Source of the DNA: Zootoca vivipara
Lineage: Eukaryota
Direction: 5' to 3'
DNA length: 64,000 nt
Assembly: GCF_963506605.1 (NCBI RefSeq)
Contig: NC_083277.1
Location: 41,540,001-41,604,000 of the forward strand
Part shown: piece after piece, positions 62,484 through 64,000 of the stretch
Position numbering within the stretch: the stretch's first letter is position 1
Layout of the letters: each line of letters opens with the position of its first letter
The notes under the pieces: generated by a model
The model's database searches: none
What the model was told of the DNA's origin: nothing
Seen by the model: the letters and a program-made list of their open reading frames with translations, nothing else
Translations under genes and position numbers: made by a program

Positions 62484-62798
62484 TCAAGTAGGTAGCTGTG
62501 TTGGTCTGCCATAGTCAAAATAAATTAAAACATTTAAAAAGATAGTTAAAAAGACTCTTCTTAAAAACCATGCACACACATGAAAGCTTACACCTAAAAC
62601 TACTCAGTTGGTCTCTAAGGTGCTACATTATAATTTTTAAATTCTTTTGGAAGGATTCTTTTAAAGACTTTCTTAGATCATATAACTTTTTTGAAGACTT
62701 GATTCTTCAAAAGAATTCTTCAAAAGATTCTAAGGGAGTTTTTAGGTTTTTAAGAAGAGTCTTTTAAACTATCTTTTAAAAGAATTTTTTAAATTTAT
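62484..62798. mobile_element. Rearranged Penelope-like remnant
   Basis: gtaggtagctgtgttggtctg start; gaaagctta and agttggtctctaaggtgctac pLTR text; terminal inverted arms; flanking duplication tttgcttccagggt. Confidence 0.7.
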
Positions 62799-63609
62799 TT
62801 TGCTTCCAGGGTGTTTTCCTATGGGTCCTTTGTTCCACCCTAGGTCATATTCCTATTTAAGCCCACGCTGAAGTCTCACAAGGCCAACTTAGCAAACCTA
62901 CCCAGTGAGCTGAGCTTGGCATTGTCATGAACCTACATCCTGGCCAGAATAAACCATGGAGAAAATTCCAGTGCTTGCTTTGCACCAAAGCAGTCACCTA
63001 ACCAGCTCCACACTGCTGAATCAAAGTCACCATTCACTCAAGTGGTCCTGTGAATGTGTCTTGTCTCCCACTTCGGTTCAACGAGGACAGGCAAAGCCTT
63101 CAAAACCTCAGAGTCCTCATTCCGCCTCTGCCTGGCTTTTTCCTCCACCATTTTTCATTATTTCCTTCCCCCTCCCCACTTCTTCTGCTTGAGATGTTCC
63201 ACTCGTTTTCTCTTTTGATGTCTGACATCTCAACAGTCCATGTCCCAGTAGGAATTTCCGAACAGATGGATGCTGTATTGATGAGCAATATGCTTGAAGA
63301 GTTTGCGGCTGACATTTATGGCTATCAGGCTGACCGATGATGCAACTCTTTCTGTTGGACACAATCCCCCCACTGTTCAGCATTTCCTTCAGATAGTTCC
63401 CTCTCCCACTCCACATCCTCCCCGATTATGCCAGAGCAAGAGAAGAACAAGAGGGACAGCGATGCAAAGACGCTGTTATGGGAGCAGACAGCACAATGCC
63501 TGCCCAGGTTATTTTGCTATCAGAAGCAGAGTCAAAAAGGCAGAGCTGGTGGGTAGCACCAGATGCTGTGAAATCAGGGCATTTCGTTGCCCGCACACAG
63601 GAAACTCTG

Positions 63610-64000
63610 TAGAATCATAGAATCATAGAGTTGGAAGAGACCACAAGGGCCACCGAGTCCAACCCCCTGCCAAGCAGGAAACACCATCAAAGCATTCTTG
63701 ACATATGGCTGTCAAGCCTCTGCTTAAAGACCTCCAAAGAAGGAGACTCCACCACACTTCTTGGCAGCAAATTCCACTGTCGAACAGCTCTTACTGTCAG
63801 GAAGTTCTTCCTAATGTTGAGGTGGAATCTTCTTTCTTGTAGTTTGAATCCATTGCTCCGTGTCTGCTTCTCTGGAGCAGCAGAAAACAACCTTTCAACC
63901 CTCCTCTATATGACATCCTTTTATATATTTGAACATGGCTATCATATCACCCCTTAACCTTCTCTTTTCCAGGCTAAATATACCCAGCTCCCTAAGCCGT
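63610..64000 (-). mobile_element. CR1 LINE 3' end; continues right of the window
   Basis: tagaatcatagaatcatag tail; reverse complement of about 545-940. Confidence 0.96.

Noticed and set aside
1-64000. Window-wide enrichment of TCF/LEF motifs
   Set aside because: About a dozen ATCAAAG/CTTTGAT hits seen by eye is close to chance for a 7-mer on both strands of 64 kb

Overview
Repeat-rich vertebrate nuclear DNA from a squamate reptile, probably a lacertid lizard (inferred from Sauria SINEs, Bov-B, CR1, L2, RTE-X and Penelope-like elements occurring together). Almost every long ORF in the track is a LINE fragment, an antisense shadow or noise. The only convincing host coding sequence is a probable first exon on + (61038-61572: signal peptide/anchor, then a coiled coil, then a GTGAGT donor); I cannot name the gene. 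The left half looks like the 5' or intronic region of a minus-strand gene whose body lies outside the window, with candidate promoters near 33.3 kb and 13.5 kb. Three CTCF-like motifs between the two loci are divergently oriented. The best hidden signals are: a minimal hammerhead ribozyme in a Penelope-like remnant (42872-42909); SINE-like elements with different tRNA heads (Ile, Lys, probably Asn) on a shared CR1-derived tail; hAT-type MITEs carrying YY1/ETS/Sp1 motif clusters; and several nested or chimeric transposons. A 200-N assembly gap lies at 24635-24834. I do not see a clearly unprecedented multi-gene system. Family names come from motif recognition, not database searches.
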